Source: Candidatus Thorarchaeota archaeon
Lineage (GTDB): Archaea > Asgardarchaeota > Thorarchaeia > Thorarchaeales > Thorarchaeaceae
Direction of reading: 5' to 3'
Length of the DNA stretch: 55,770 bases
Assembly (NCBI GenBank): GCA_020348985.1
Contig: CP070761.1
Location: 441,980 to 497,749, forward strand
Under the pieces are notes generated by a model. The model did not search any database. It was given only the letters and a program-made list of their open reading frames with translations, and had not been told where the DNA came from. Positions 29,478 to 39,260 of the stretch are shown here, piece after piece. The translations under genes were made by a program, and so were the position numbers. Every line of letters begins with the position of its first letter. The first letter of the stretch is position 1.

Positions 29478-30113
29478 ATGCCAACATTGACAGATGAACT
29501 AGTGAATGCCGTAGCAGATCTTCAAGAAGAAACGGCATTGAAACTGATCGAACAAAGATTGGAGACCGGCACAGATCCTATCGATATAATGAACAAGTGT
29601 AAAGAGGGCATGGCAATTGTGGGCCAGAGATTCGAAGAGAGTGAATACTTCCTTCCCGAACTCATCTTGTCCGGTGAGATATTCAAGAAGATAATGGACC
29701 TAGTTCTACCTAAGTTTGAGGGGAAACGTGATGAAACCGCGGGGAAGGTCTTGATTGGCACGGTGGAAGGCGATATCCACGATATTGGCAAGAACATCGT
29801 CATTTTCATGCTTCAGGCCAACGGGTTTGAAGTAGTCGACATTGGTGTTGACCAGACGCCTGAAATGTTTGTGGAGAAGATCAGAGAGATATCCCCCTCG
29901 GTTGTCGGCATGAGTGCTCTAATCACTACAGCGCATGCTGCCATGAAGAGGACAGTGGAAGCCATAACAGATGCAGGTCTCCGGGATACTATCAAGATAA
30001 TGATAGGTGGCGGACAGGTAAACCAGGATGTCCTGAACCTCGTGGGGGCAGATGCCTATGGTCAGGATGCATTTGAGGCCGTCGAGCTCTGCCGCAAGTG
30101 GATTGGTGGCTAG
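29478..30113 (+). CDS. Corrinoid (B12-binding) methyltransferase cognate protein
   Basis: GTVEGDIHDIGKNIV, GMSAL, MIGGG; 4-helix cap domain. Confidence 0.93.
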   Translation: MPTLTDELVNAVADLQEETALKLIEQRLETGTDPIDIMNKCKEGMAIVGQRFEESEYFLPELILSGEIFKKIMDLVLPKFEGKRDETAGKVLIGTVEGDIHDIGKNIVIFMLQANGFEVVDIGVDQTPEMFVEKIREISPSVVGMSALITTAHAAMKRTVEAITDAGLRDTIKIMIGGGQVNQDVLNLVGADAYGQDAFEAVELCRKWIGG

Positions 30114-31033
30114 AATATTGTATAGAGTGGGTGCATCTTCGATTTGGGTCTGATTCCGTACTGCCTTGCCTTGTAGGCTATGATCGCATCAGTCATGGCT
30201 ACACTGGGGAAGACAACCTTTGCTAGTCCTATGGGACCGTACAGCAGGAAGTCTGCCCCTGAGTGCTGCATAGCTGAGGTTGCAGCTGCTATGCAGACAT
30301 TCTTTGCTCTCTTTCCGAGCTCGCCAACACGGTCCCACTCCAATACCGCGTTTGACGGACCACCCCCTGCGACGAGTCCAAGCTCTTCCTTGACTAGACG
30401 AACCGCTTCTGCCGCTAGACCTATGCTTGGCACGTCGAGTACTGCTGTGTCAACCATGAGGTTTCCAATACCTGCCTCGCTCGCGACTTCGAGTAGACCT
30501 CTCTTTGCTTCGCTACCCCTCAGAAGATCAACACGGCCGTAGGGCCAGACTGCGCTCGCGTGATAGGCGAGTAGTACTGCGTGCTTTGCACCAAGATCGC
30601 GAAGAGACGAAATCTCATCATCTTTTGAATGGTCTGTGATGGAGTTGTAAACAACCCTTTCTATCAGGCCAATTTCAGCCGCATGTCTGTATCCCTCCAC
30701 TCTTACATCAGGCAAGGTACTGTCAACAAATATTGGCGCCTCGGTTACATCCGCAACAAAGTCTATTCGTTTCTTGATCGACGAAGCCGTCGAACCAACT
30801 ATGTCCACCATATGGGGCACGTTGGTCTTGTTCGACAGCTCTTCCTGTGTCTCAATCAATGATCTTGCCTTCTTCTTGTCGAAAGCCTCTTCGTTATCCT
30901 TGTCCACAATCTTGTGACCGTCGAAGAAGATGGAGCCAACTAGGACCGTCGGTAGCTCACCTAGCTGACCACCAATCTCAACATCTCCGACCTTCAACAC
31001 TGATTGCTCTCTTTCGAACTTCACAGCTAACAC
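30110..31033 (-). CDS. mtrH: Tetrahydromethanopterin S-methyltransferase subunit H-like
   Basis: IGGQLGELPTVLVGSIF..GHKIV, YNSI, GADFLLYGPI, HPL. Confidence 0.9.
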   Translation of the reverse strand: MLAVKFEREQSVLKVGDVEIGGQLGELPTVLVGSIFFDGHKIVDKDNEEAFDKKKARSLIETQEELSNKTNVPHMVDIVGSTASSIKKRIDFVADVTEAPIFVDSTLPDVRVEGYRHAAEIGLIERVVYNSITDHSKDDEISSLRDLGAKHAVLLAYHASAVWPYGRVDLLRGSEAKRGLLEVASEAGIGNLMVDTAVLDVPSIGLAAEAVRLVKEELGLVAGGGPSNAVLEWDRVGELGKRAKNVCIAAATSAMQHSGADFLLYGPIGLAKVVFPSVAMTDAIIAYKARQYGIRPKSKMHPLYTIF

Positions 31034-31230
31034 ACAGCCTAAATTTCCGTCTAGGGATGCCCGATTATCAACTGCCGGAAACCGTCTAAAGAATCTGCTC
31101 TAGGCGGACCATCCATTAATCAGAGCGCAATGCTTTTGTTAGGTCTATCTGACGTCCAGTCCAATCTCATACAATGTACTGTCAGTGCAGTGTCTGCTCC
31201 CTCACTGAACGTGCGACATGAGGCAACAAA

Positions 31231-33237
31231 ATGGAAACGCTATGGCATAATGGCATCCTCGTTCTGAGGTCTCCAGAACCACATGGTATTCACATACTAG
31301 TCAGGGGAAAAGAGGTATCGCTGACCCCGTTGCAGGAAGAGATGGCCATGGCGTGGGTGAGAAAGCTCGGAACACCCTATGTAGAAGATCCAGTGTTCAA
31401 ATCCAACTTCCTCAAAGACTTCAGCAAGGCTCTGGGAGTCAGGCCTGTTCTGACACTTGATGAAATCGATTTCAGTGTGGCCATCGACATAGTGGAAGAA
31501 GAACGTGCCCGTAAGGAGACAATGACGAAGGAGGAAAAGAAGGCGGCACGTGAGAAGCGGAAAGAAGAACGGGAGCGGCTGAAGGAGAAATATGGCTACG
31601 CTGAAGTTGATGGCGAAAGAATGGAGCTCGGGAATTATCAGACCGAGCCATCTGGGATATTCATGGGACGAGGCAAGCATCCATTAAGGGGACGCTGGAA
31701 GCAAGGAGCTTCTGAAAAGGACATCACTCTGAATCTAAGTCCCGATGCGCCAAGACCTGAAGGAGACTGGCTGGAGATCATTTGGGCTTCAGACACCATG
31801 TGGATTGCCAAGTGGACCGATGAGCTGACTGGAAAGACGAAATACATCTGGCTCCACGACAGTACCCCAATTAAGCAGCAACGAGAAGAGGACAAATTTG
31901 ACAAGGCGCGTCGCCTTGGTAGGAAAACTGAGGAGATTCGCGCTCACATCATGGACGGGCTCCAGTCAGCTGATGCAAAAAGAAGAATGATTGCAGCAGC
32001 CTGTTATCTCATTGATACGCTTAGCTTGCGAGTCGGTGATGAGAAGGATCCAGATGAAGCAGATACTGTAGGTGCCACTACTCTGCGAACAGATCACCTT
32101 ACCTTCGAAGGCGGGCGACTCATCTTCGACTTCCTCGGAAAAGATAGCGTCGCATGGCATAAGGAACTGGAACTGTCAGATGAGGTCTTTGCTGTCTTCC
32201 GCGAGCTGTACCACAAAGCAGTAGAAAGACTGGAATCCTTTGAGAGCAGGGGTAGTAGAAAGACCCGCGGGGACCCCAGGAAGCTTGCACAGATTTTTCC
32301 TTCAGTCCGGAGCACTGATGTCAACCGGTTTCTAAGCGAAGTTGATCGTGACCTGACAGCGAAAGTCTTCCGTACTTTTCATGCAACGAAGACAATGGAA
32401 GATGAACTGAAGAAGAAGCGTGTGAAGCGTGTAGATCCCGATTTCATCAAGAAGGCAGCTTTCAAGCGTGCCAATCTCGAAGTTGCGAGGGTCATGAACC
32501 ACACAAAACAGGCTCCGAAGGGCTGGCCAAGGACAGAAGAGAGGTACCAAGAACGCCTGAAGAAAGCCGACGCAAGGATTGCCAAAGCAAAGGACAACCT
32601 AGCTGCCAAGAGAAAACAGTTTCGTGCTCGAAAGAAGACAGAAACAAAGAACCTTGCCTCTCGTAAGGAGGTGGTCTTGCGACAAAGAGCTGCCGTAGAG
32701 AACAACATGCAGTCAGTGAGGTCTTGGCGGGAGCGTCGGGATAAGGCAAAAGCCGCATGGGACAGAGCTAGAGACCAAAAGCGGCGGATCAGAGCAAGTA
32801 GGCGAAAGGCCCAGATGACTAAGAAAGAACGCCTTGAAGATTCCCAAGAACGTATAGACCGCACAAGACTTGCTCTAGAAAGAGCCGAGGAAGGATTGAG
32901 ACGAGCACGTGAAAGACATGCCAAGAGCAAGGCTGCACTGGAAAAGAAACAGCTTCTATTGTCACAGTTCAGAGAGAAATCTGAGGAAAGACTGTCGAAG
33001 GCAAAAGCACCCGTGGACACTGCAATGGAACGTGTGAAGAACGCTGAACTAGCAAAGGAGAAGATCCGAACAGATTATCAGATTGCAGAGGAAAGTCGGA
33101 CTCTGAACCTCGGAACATCACTAAAGGCGTACATCCATCCTAGGGTTGTCTACAAATGGTGCCAACGAGTAGAATATGACTGGAGAAAGGTGTATCCTAA
33201 AACTCTCCAACGTAAGTTTGCGTGGGTTGAGAACTAA
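31231..33237 (+). CDS. top1: DNA topoisomerase IB (eukaryote-type)
   Basis: EPSGIFMGRGKHPLRG, KFDKAR, LRVGDEK, ADTVG, FDFLGKDS, TAKVFRT, NH, coiled-coil linker, LGTSLKAYIHPR. Confidence 0.95.
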   Translation: METLWHNGILVLRSPEPHGIHILVRGKEVSLTPLQEEMAMAWVRKLGTPYVEDPVFKSNFLKDFSKALGVRPVLTLDEIDFSVAIDIVEEERARKETMTKEEKKAAREKRKEERERLKEKYGYAEVDGERMELGNYQTEPSGIFMGRGKHPLRGRWKQGASEKDITLNLSPDAPRPEGDWLEIIWASDTMWIAKWTDELTGKTKYIWLHDSTPIKQQREEDKFDKARRLGRKTEEIRAHIMDGLQSADAKRRMIAAACYLIDTLSLRVGDEKDPDEADTVGATTLRTDHLTFEGGRLIFDFLGKDSVAWHKELELSDEVFAVFRELYHKAVERLESFESRGSRKTRGDPRKLAQIFPSVRSTDVNRFLSEVDRDLTAKVFRTFHATKTMEDELKKKRVKRVDPDFIKKAAFKRANLEVARVMNHTKQAPKGWPRTEERYQERLKKADARIAKAKDNLAAKRKQFRARKKTETKNLASRKEVVLRQRAAVENNMQSVRSWRERRDKAKAAWDRARDQKRRIRASRRKAQMTKKERLEDSQERIDRTRLALERAEEGLRRARERHAKSKAALEKKQLLLSQFREKSEERLSKAKAPVDTAMERVKNAELAKEKIRTDYQIAEESRTLNLGTSLKAYIHPRVVYKWCQRVEYDWRKVYPKTLQRKFAWVEN

Positions 33238-33255
33238 GGACAGAAAGTGGGGCAA

Positions 33256-33675
33256 TCACGAGACCATTCTCAGGATTAGTTCCTTGACTCTTCTTTCAAT
33301 TTCATCCCGTGTCTCACGGAAGACCAAAAGGGTCTCATCATAGGTTCCCTCGAATGCAGCTGGGTCTTCCAAAGGCCAGTGTTCCATCTGCTTAGCTCCT
33401 GGAAAGTGAGGACACGCCTGTCTCGCACTGTCGCAGACGGTCACGACAAGGTCGAATTTCTGCTCGGCGAAGATACTAACCTTCTTTGGGTGGAGGCCTT
33501 CAGTTGGAATTTCTCGCTCACTAAGAACCTCAACAGCAAAGGGATTGACACTACTCGAAATGTCGGTTCCTGCGCTAACCACTTCGAAGTCATCACCACC
33601 TAGATGTCGCAGTACTGCCTCAGACATCTGGCTTCTGGCAGAGTTGCCAGTACAGAGAAACAGAACTCGCTGCAT
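33256..33675 (-). CDS. arsC: Arsenate reductase / LMW protein-tyrosine phosphatase
   Basis: LFLCTGNSARSQMSE, VTVCD...CP, HW..EDP. Confidence 0.88.
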   Translation of the reverse strand: MQRVLFLCTGNSARSQMSEAVLRHLGGDDFEVVSAGTDISSSVNPFAVEVLSEREIPTEGLHPKKVSIFAEQKFDLVVTVCDSARQACPHFPGAKQMEHWPLEDPAAFEGTYDETLLVFRETRDEIERRVKELILRMVS

Positions 33676-33752
33676 GCGTGTCGCTAGACTGTCTCCCCTT
33701 TCAAGGATATGCATATGAAACAACGTATGGGATCGGTTGAGGGTTGCGTTAA

Positions 33753-34319
33753 CTATCGACTTCCCAACTTCTTCCCTAGCTGATACGCCTCATCCAACTT
33801 AGCCTGTGAGCTTGAAACATGTAGGTCTTCGTGGCTACCTTCGTTCAGAGAACAGAAGGTGATGACATTGAACTTGAATCTGAAGTGATCCTGTACTCGC
33901 TCGAAGAAGGAGACTATCGATTCATAGTGGTAGCGATATGTAAGAATCGCCACAAACTCCTTGTCTACGAAGTACTTCTCAGGGTTCATTGCGAGGGCTT
34001 CCATTCTATCCAACGCCGTCTTGAGCTGTCCAGTCAGATATCCCCAATAGCTTGGATTCGCCCAGACAACGATATCTGCATCGCCGAAAACGGAGTAAAT
34101 CTGTTGCATATCATCGTCGTCAATTACGCACTTGTTTCCTTCAGATGTCTGACATGACTCACATCCGCGGCAAGGTCGGATTTCCATCTCGTTCAGATAG
34201 AAATCCTTGACGTCCACATCTCCAGAATCTCTCAACCCTTTCACGAAGTGCTCGGCAAGAGTATCTGAGTTTCCTCCCCTTCTGGGACTTCCATGTAGTA
34301 CTATTGTACTCAGAGGCAT
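33753..34319 (-). CDS. Iron-sulfur flavoprotein (flavodoxin family)
   Basis: GSPRRGGNS, PCRGCESC..KC..DDM. Confidence 0.9.
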   Translation of the reverse strand: MPLSTIVLHGSPRRGGNSDTLAEHFVKGLRDSGDVDVKDFYLNEMEIRPCRGCESCQTSEGNKCVIDDDDMQQIYSVFGDADIVVWANPSYWGYLTGQLKTALDRMEALAMNPEKYFVDKEFVAILTYRYHYESIVSFFERVQDHFRFKFNVITFCSLNEGSHEDLHVSSSQAKLDEAYQLGKKLGSR

Positions 34320-34393
34320 AGAAGATCAGTCCTTGTTGAAATGCCGACAGTCAATTCAGGATAAGAGTGCTCATCAACGCAGTCAAGAAGAAG

Positions 34394-34419
34394 TGTTGTT
34401 TTCTAGGGGACTCGAATCT
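34394..34419 (-). repeat. Eroded copy of tRNA-Gly(GCC) 3' end (att-like)
   Basis: TGTTGTTTTCTAGGGGACTCGAATCT vs TGGTGCGCTCGCCGGGATTCGAACCC (16/26, no gaps, several C>T); both preceded by GAAGAA. Confidence 0.5.
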
Positions 34420-34440
34420 TAGTGAGTTCCTGATGATAGG

Positions 34441-35319
34441 TCAATGAGATTTGAAGAACTCAAACACTTTCCTTGATATATGGTCGAATTGCTCCCTTGT
34501 GGGAGAGTGAACTCCTTCTAAGCATTCAATTGAAGTCAAATTTCGGAACACTTCATTCGCACGAGGAATCACCTTCTTGGGTGGATACAAGATGTCTTCG
34601 CTTTGACAGAATACCATCGTTGGAGCCTCGAAAGATGACAGCTCTTCTACCGTCACAAGTCGAGGCGTAGGCACTCTTATTCTCAAATACTTCAAACTAG
34701 CCTCCAAGAATCGTAAAAGATTCTCATCAGGATCGGATATTATGGGGCTGATCGATTTCTGCAAACGAGTTCGATTTGGGAAAACTCTATAGATCATCCA
34801 AGGAATGAATAGCTTCCGAAGTATTGCTACCAAGGATCCATTCGCCAATCCTGAAGGCGAGACCAAAGCTAGCTTATCGATTCTTCTAGGACTAATCGCA
34901 GCTAGCCTGAGAGCGATACTTGCACTATAAGAGCCGCAGAATACTCTGGCAGAATCCAAATTTAGCCCGTCAAGCACATCAAGCAACCATTCACCATAGC
35001 TGTAGTCATTCATTGACAGACGCGTCTCAGCGCTTTTGCCAGGATGTCCTATTATGTCAACTGCAAATACACGAAACTGATTACAGAAAGAGATTACATT
35101 TCGTAGTGTATTGGGAGTGTATTCGTTCCCTCCATGTAACGCAATCACCGGAGGCGCCTCGTTTGGACCCGTAACAATGGCATGGGTCTGTCCAAAGCGT
35201 GTGTCAATCACTACATCTTCAAAATCAACTCCCAATTCTCTCACAGTTTCATCGTAGAGTTCAAGAATCATCTCCTTACCAAATAGACTCCTGTAGATTG
35301 TCTGTTCTTCTGCCATCAT
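34441..35319 (-). CDS. Alpha/beta hydrolase
   Basis: LHGG, AVDIIGHPGKS, CGSYS nucleophile elbow, C-terminal His. Confidence 0.88.
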   Translation of the reverse strand: MMAEEQTIYRSLFGKEMILELYDETVRELGVDFEDVVIDTRFGQTHAIVTGPNEAPPVIALHGGNEYTPNTLRNVISFCNQFRVFAVDIIGHPGKSAETRLSMNDYSYGEWLLDVLDGLNLDSARVFCGSYSASIALRLAAISPRRIDKLALVSPSGLANGSLVAILRKLFIPWMIYRVFPNRTRLQKSISPIISDPDENLLRFLEASLKYLRIRVPTPRLVTVEELSSFEAPTMVFCQSEDILYPPKKVIPRANEVFRNLTSIECLEGVHSPTREQFDHISRKVFEFFKSH

Positions 35320-35416
35320 ATGCCCTATGTTTGAAAACCCCAAGATCATAATCTAAAGATACCTTTGTACGCCATGGGGTATCGAGTTGAGAGGACAGCA
35401 AGAAAACTGGAAGAAA

Positions 35417-35524
35417 TGGTGCGCTCGCCGGGATTCGAACCCGGGCCGGATCCGTTCTACGGTTCCGAGGGATAAACCCCCGCACAATGGCAGGGATCCA
35501 TCATAGCCCCTAGACAACGAGCGC
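35417..35524 (-). tRNA. tRNA-Gly(GCC) with 33-nt intron at 37/38 (intron ~35455-35487)
   Basis: GCGCTCG acceptor, GATCC-CT-GCC-A[intron]C-GGATC, GGTTCGAATCC, encoded CCA. Confidence 0.92.
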
Positions 35525-35638
35525 CTGCGGACTCCCCCCGTTTGTGTGTGTTAAAAACCTTGCCAAAGAATCGAACATGAATGAGAGAAGTGAAATACCG
35601 GTCGGGACATAGTGAAGGGCACAACGGGACGCTTGCAT

Positions 35639-36712
35639 ATGTCCGAGGGTAATGAGGTACGAAAACGGCTGATTTGGATTGATTTGTCGAAGGGTGTAGG
35701 CATAGTCTTGGTCATCTTGGCTCATTCCACAGTAATTGAACCGTCTCTACCAACGATATTCATCAGCAACTTTGCAATCGCTTTGTTCTTCTTTCTAGGT
35801 GGGCTCACCTATAGCAGTGAGAGATACCGAAACAACCTCAGGTATTTCATTGTCTCACGAGGAAAGCAGTTCCTAATTCCCTACTTCGCTCTCTACATAA
35901 TTATCATGATTCTATTCGTTCCACTAGCATCAAATGTTGATACATACCTGACACCCGACCAGCTATTGTTTTGGTTTCTGTATGGTTCAGGTCCTCCAAA
36001 TCAAGCCACACATCTCTGGTTCCTTCCTGTGCTGTACTTCGGACTGGTCCTCTTCGTCTTGATTGACCGAGCTATGCATAGGTTTCCCCACGAAGCTCGC
36101 TGGATTCTTGTCGTTCTACTGCCTGCCATTGGTGTGGCAATCCGTGACTATTTCTTTCCTGTGCTTGTTCCCTGGCGTGTCAGCAGCATCTTGGTCGCTA
36201 CAGCTTTCTGCATCATAGGTCATGAAGTGAGTCGATATAGGGGTTTGAAAAGCTGGACTACTGGTTCAAAGGGACGTGATCTTGTTCTGTTCATAGTATG
36301 TTTTGTGATCGTCTTGCTGGTTTCGAACTACAATTGGCTGGTTGACTTCGCAGTCGACCGTCTTGGCACTTTCCCCCTACTGTATCTCGTCAGTGGTACT
36401 TTTGGTACAATCATGGTCTTCATTCTCTGTAGCACATTTGAAGACTCGGAAAATGCATCGAGAATCATACTTCCGTTTGGCACAGACTCACAGACAATCT
36501 ACGAAATCCATCCAGTCTTCTTCTACATCGTTCCTCCCTTGCTAGTGCTACTGGGATGGTCAGCCGCAGACATTGCAGCTAATCATGTCTTGCTTTGGCC
36601 CCTACGGTTTATCCCAGGTGTAGTACTCTCGTTGCTATTTGCAGTCTACATAGTATCCAAGAGTGATGCGATGAGCTTTATATTCACTGGAAAACGAGCG
36701 CCGAAGAAATGA
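35639..36712 (+). CDS. Acyltransferase family 3 membrane protein
   Basis: RLIWIDLSKGVGIVLVILAH, LFFFLGG, HLWFLPVL; multi-TM. Confidence 0.88.
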   Translation: MSEGNEVRKRLIWIDLSKGVGIVLVILAHSTVIEPSLPTIFISNFAIALFFFLGGLTYSSERYRNNLRYFIVSRGKQFLIPYFALYIIIMILFVPLASNVDTYLTPDQLLFWFLYGSGPPNQATHLWFLPVLYFGLVLFVLIDRAMHRFPHEARWILVVLLPAIGVAIRDYFFPVLVPWRVSSILVATAFCIIGHEVSRYRGLKSWTTGSKGRDLVLFIVCFVIVLLVSNYNWLVDFAVDRLGTFPLLYLVSGTFGTIMVFILCSTFEDSENASRIILPFGTDSQTIYEIHPVFFYIVPPLLVLLGWSAADIAANHVLLWPLRFIPGVVLSLLFAVYIVSKSDAMSFIFTGKRAPKK

Positions 36713-36739
36713 AGCGTGGCGCGATTACTCGAAGCGAGT

Positions 36740-37792
36740 CTAGAGAAGACCGGCAAGCTGCTTAATCTTGAGCACCCTGAATGTTGACTCGTAATCGATT
36801 GCACTTTGCTTCCTTCTTTCGTCTTCAAGCGCCATGTAGTTAGCCCCAACCCAATACCCCGACTGTCTCTCGGGAAGCCACTTTCGTGGAAACCTGTAGT
36901 GCCCATCATCAGTAACCTGTTCTTCAAGCACGTCCAGTGATTTCTGGAACCAGTTGCTCTCCCTTGCAGTCATGAACGGGGCCATCATTTCAAGACATAG
37001 CAACAATCGCGACATCTCGTTTTCAGTCGGAAATGATGAGAATCCCGGGACATGCACACTGGAGCCAATAGTGTAGGTCCTTTTCTCGTACTTCAAGTAC
37101 CCATAACCTGGTTTCAACCCCTGGTACTCCGGGCTCAGTATTGTGGCGATGACTCTCTCCGCCATTCGATTGTACTCATCCTTCTCGAAAATCCATTTCG
37201 AACTGGCTATCCCTCTTATGTCATGGACATATGGCAATCCTTGTTCGACATCGACATAGAACCGGGGGGACACGAGCCACTCTTTCTTGTTACCTTTAAC
37301 ATAGAATTCGTCAAAGTCCACAGTTTCAGCAAATTCGAGGGATCGTTCGAGCCGTTCAAGCATGACAGTCTTTACCGGTTTCGTGTCATCATATCCGGCA
37401 TAGGCCAAATAGGAAGCAACTAGAGGCATCGAAAAACCAGTCCCCGGGCCATCATCATCCGTTATGGACTCCTCGACTCTGTCAGAAAGCCAAGCTCTGA
37501 ATGGCAGCGTCTTTGTATCGAAGGCTTGGAGTCCTGCGTGGAGACCTAGCTGCACGAGTTTACCCATTACGTTTCCAAAGGCAACTGGCATGCTTGAGTG
37601 GAAGTTGTGAAATCCCATTCTCGGCTTTAGGAGTTCAAGCCACTTTGTCACAATTGGACTGTTGAATAGGTCCTCCAAGGCTTTGCTTACAAGTCCAATG
37701 TCAGTTTCTCCTAGAATCTCGACCATAGTCCTGAATCTGATTACTGGGCCTGCATTGTCAAGTAGCCACCATGGGAGGTCTGACCTAATCAT
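36740..37792 (-). CDS. Hypothetical protein (alpha-helical, prenyltransferase-fold-like)
   Basis: 350-aa ORF with WLL..AGPVIRFRT start; no firm motif. Confidence 0.6.
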   Translation of the reverse strand: MIRSDLPWWLLDNAGPVIRFRTMVEILGETDIGLVSKALEDLFNSPIVTKWLELLKPRMGFHNFHSSMPVAFGNVMGKLVQLGLHAGLQAFDTKTLPFRAWLSDRVEESITDDDGPGTGFSMPLVASYLAYAGYDDTKPVKTVMLERLERSLEFAETVDFDEFYVKGNKKEWLVSPRFYVDVEQGLPYVHDIRGIASSKWIFEKDEYNRMAERVIATILSPEYQGLKPGYGYLKYEKRTYTIGSSVHVPGFSSFPTENEMSRLLLCLEMMAPFMTARESNWFQKSLDVLEEQVTDDGHYRFPRKWLPERQSGYWVGANYMALEDERRKQSAIDYESTFRVLKIKQLAGLL

Positions 37793-37853
37793 ACCTCAAA
37801 TCAAGCAGCTTGCTTTTATCTTTCAATCGATTTCAAGTCATTGGGCCAGAGCA

Positions 37854-38558
37854 ATGAACCTGTCAGAGCTCAAGAAGGAGATAATCTACGAAATCTATGA
37901 CAATCGAATGCTGCTTACCTCGTCCCGTGATAGAAAGGAGGGGTGGACCTTGATATCAGGAATCTGGAGTCCATTCTATATCCAGCTCCGCGTCCTGAGT
38001 TCCTTTCCGAGAACGCTGGAGAAAGTCGGAACCGCCATGGCAACTATGCTTGAAGAACAAGCACCTCATGTGAACAAACTCGTTGGAGTTGCCTTTGCAG
38101 GTGTTCCCATAGCTACCTCCATCTCGCTAAAATCTGGTCTGCCTGCATGTCATACGCGCAAGCTGGTCGGTGTGAGAAGCGAGGAAGATCTCGAACAGGC
38201 CCTCGAGTCGTACGGACAGCATTCACTACTGGAGGGCATCGTGGAAGACGGCGACATACTATGTATTGTGGATGATCTGGTTACAGGTATGGAAACAAAA
38301 CTTGTCGCACGCAAACAGGTACTGACAGAGATTGAACGACAAGGCCTCAGCGAAGTCCAATGTGACGATGTTGCTGTAATTGTGAACCGTCAGCAAGGAG
38401 CCGCCTCAAAAGCGAAGGAACTTGGCCTAGGACTCCACTCTCTCATACGCTTCGTAGATGAGGGCATCCCACTGCTTCAGGGTCGTATGACCCCGGAGGA
38501 ACACAAGATGATTTCCGACTATCTCGCGGACCCCTCGAAATACCAACCCAGTAAATGA
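37854..38558 (+). CDS. pyrE: Orotate phosphoribosyltransferase-like protein
   Basis: WTLISGIWSPFYIQLR, GVAFAGVP, CIVDDLVTG PRPP loop, NRQQG. Confidence 0.75.
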   Translation: MNLSELKKEIIYEIYDNRMLLTSSRDRKEGWTLISGIWSPFYIQLRVLSSFPRTLEKVGTAMATMLEEQAPHVNKLVGVAFAGVPIATSISLKSGLPACHTRKLVGVRSEEDLEQALESYGQHSLLEGIVEDGDILCIVDDLVTGMETKLVARKQVLTEIERQGLSEVQCDDVAVIVNRQQGAASKAKELGLGLHSLIRFVDEGIPLLQGRMTPEEHKMISDYLADPSKYQPSK

Positions 38559-38580
38559 CTCAGGTCTGGATTTTTCTTAT

Positions 38581-39060
38581 ATGGGACCGATGCGGTTCCT
38601 GAAACAGATGAGCTTCGAATCTAACCCAATAAAACAGATGCTTAGAATAGCCCTCACAGCATGTGCCGACCACTATCAATTCTATCACAATGCTTCTTTG
38701 AAGTCCGAGGTCCCAGAAGTCAAAGCCTTGCTTTCGGTTCTGGCTGAGACCGAAGGAGAACTAATCGACAGAATTCGAGAGATGCTTGTGACTGGAGTTG
38801 TGGGGGCATTAGATGAGATATCTGTACTCGACGAAATGCCTATTCCAGATGAGAACCCCTTTGACCTTGAACGTGATAATACAGATCCGCGGATCTTCAT
38901 CTGCAATAGGGCTCTACGCACTGAACTCAAGTCATACACATTCTTTCTTTCAGTTGCAGCTAGGGCCAAATCAGAAGTGATTAGCCGGCTCTTCGAATAC
39001 TTCACGTTCATCAAAGTGACTCAGATAGAACGGATTCGCAGGGCCTGTGAAACCTTCTAG
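38581..39060 (+). CDS. Ferritin-like/rubrerythrin-fold hypothetical protein
   Basis: Two repeats of A...E..Y.FY/FF...A...S..V..LF; several metal ligands degenerate. Confidence 0.55.
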   Translation: MGPMRFLKQMSFESNPIKQMLRIALTACADHYQFYHNASLKSEVPEVKALLSVLAETEGELIDRIREMLVTGVVGALDEISVLDEMPIPDENPFDLERDNTDPRIFICNRALRTELKSYTFFLSVAARAKSEVISRLFEYFTFIKVTQIERIRRACETF

Positions 39061-39102
39061 ATTCTGTCTTCATCATTCTCTGCAATATGCACTCTACAAT
39101 CT

Positions 39103-39260
39103 CTTAGAACACGTGTTCTAAGTACATTTATTTTAATGACGCGCGAATTAAACAAATAAATAAAAACATTTATATTGAATTGATGTATATAACATACAGT
39201 TGGCCGGGAGGCCTTCAGAAGCGGTCCCAGCTCCACAGGTTCCACAGGAAGCCGAGGGGT
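39103..39260. promoter_or_regulatory. Perfect 20-bp palindrome + AT-rich tract + ORB-like motif
   Basis: CTTAGAACACGTGTTCTAAG (39103-39122), very AT-rich 39123-39198, GTTCCACAGGAAGCCGAGGGGT (39239-39260). Confidence 0.5.

Noticed and set aside
8833-33020. Long antisense ORFs (e.g. 8833-9588, 12792-13682, 16282-17049, 19545-20219, 32379-33020)
   Set aside because: Shadow frames of well-supported genes on the opposite strand.
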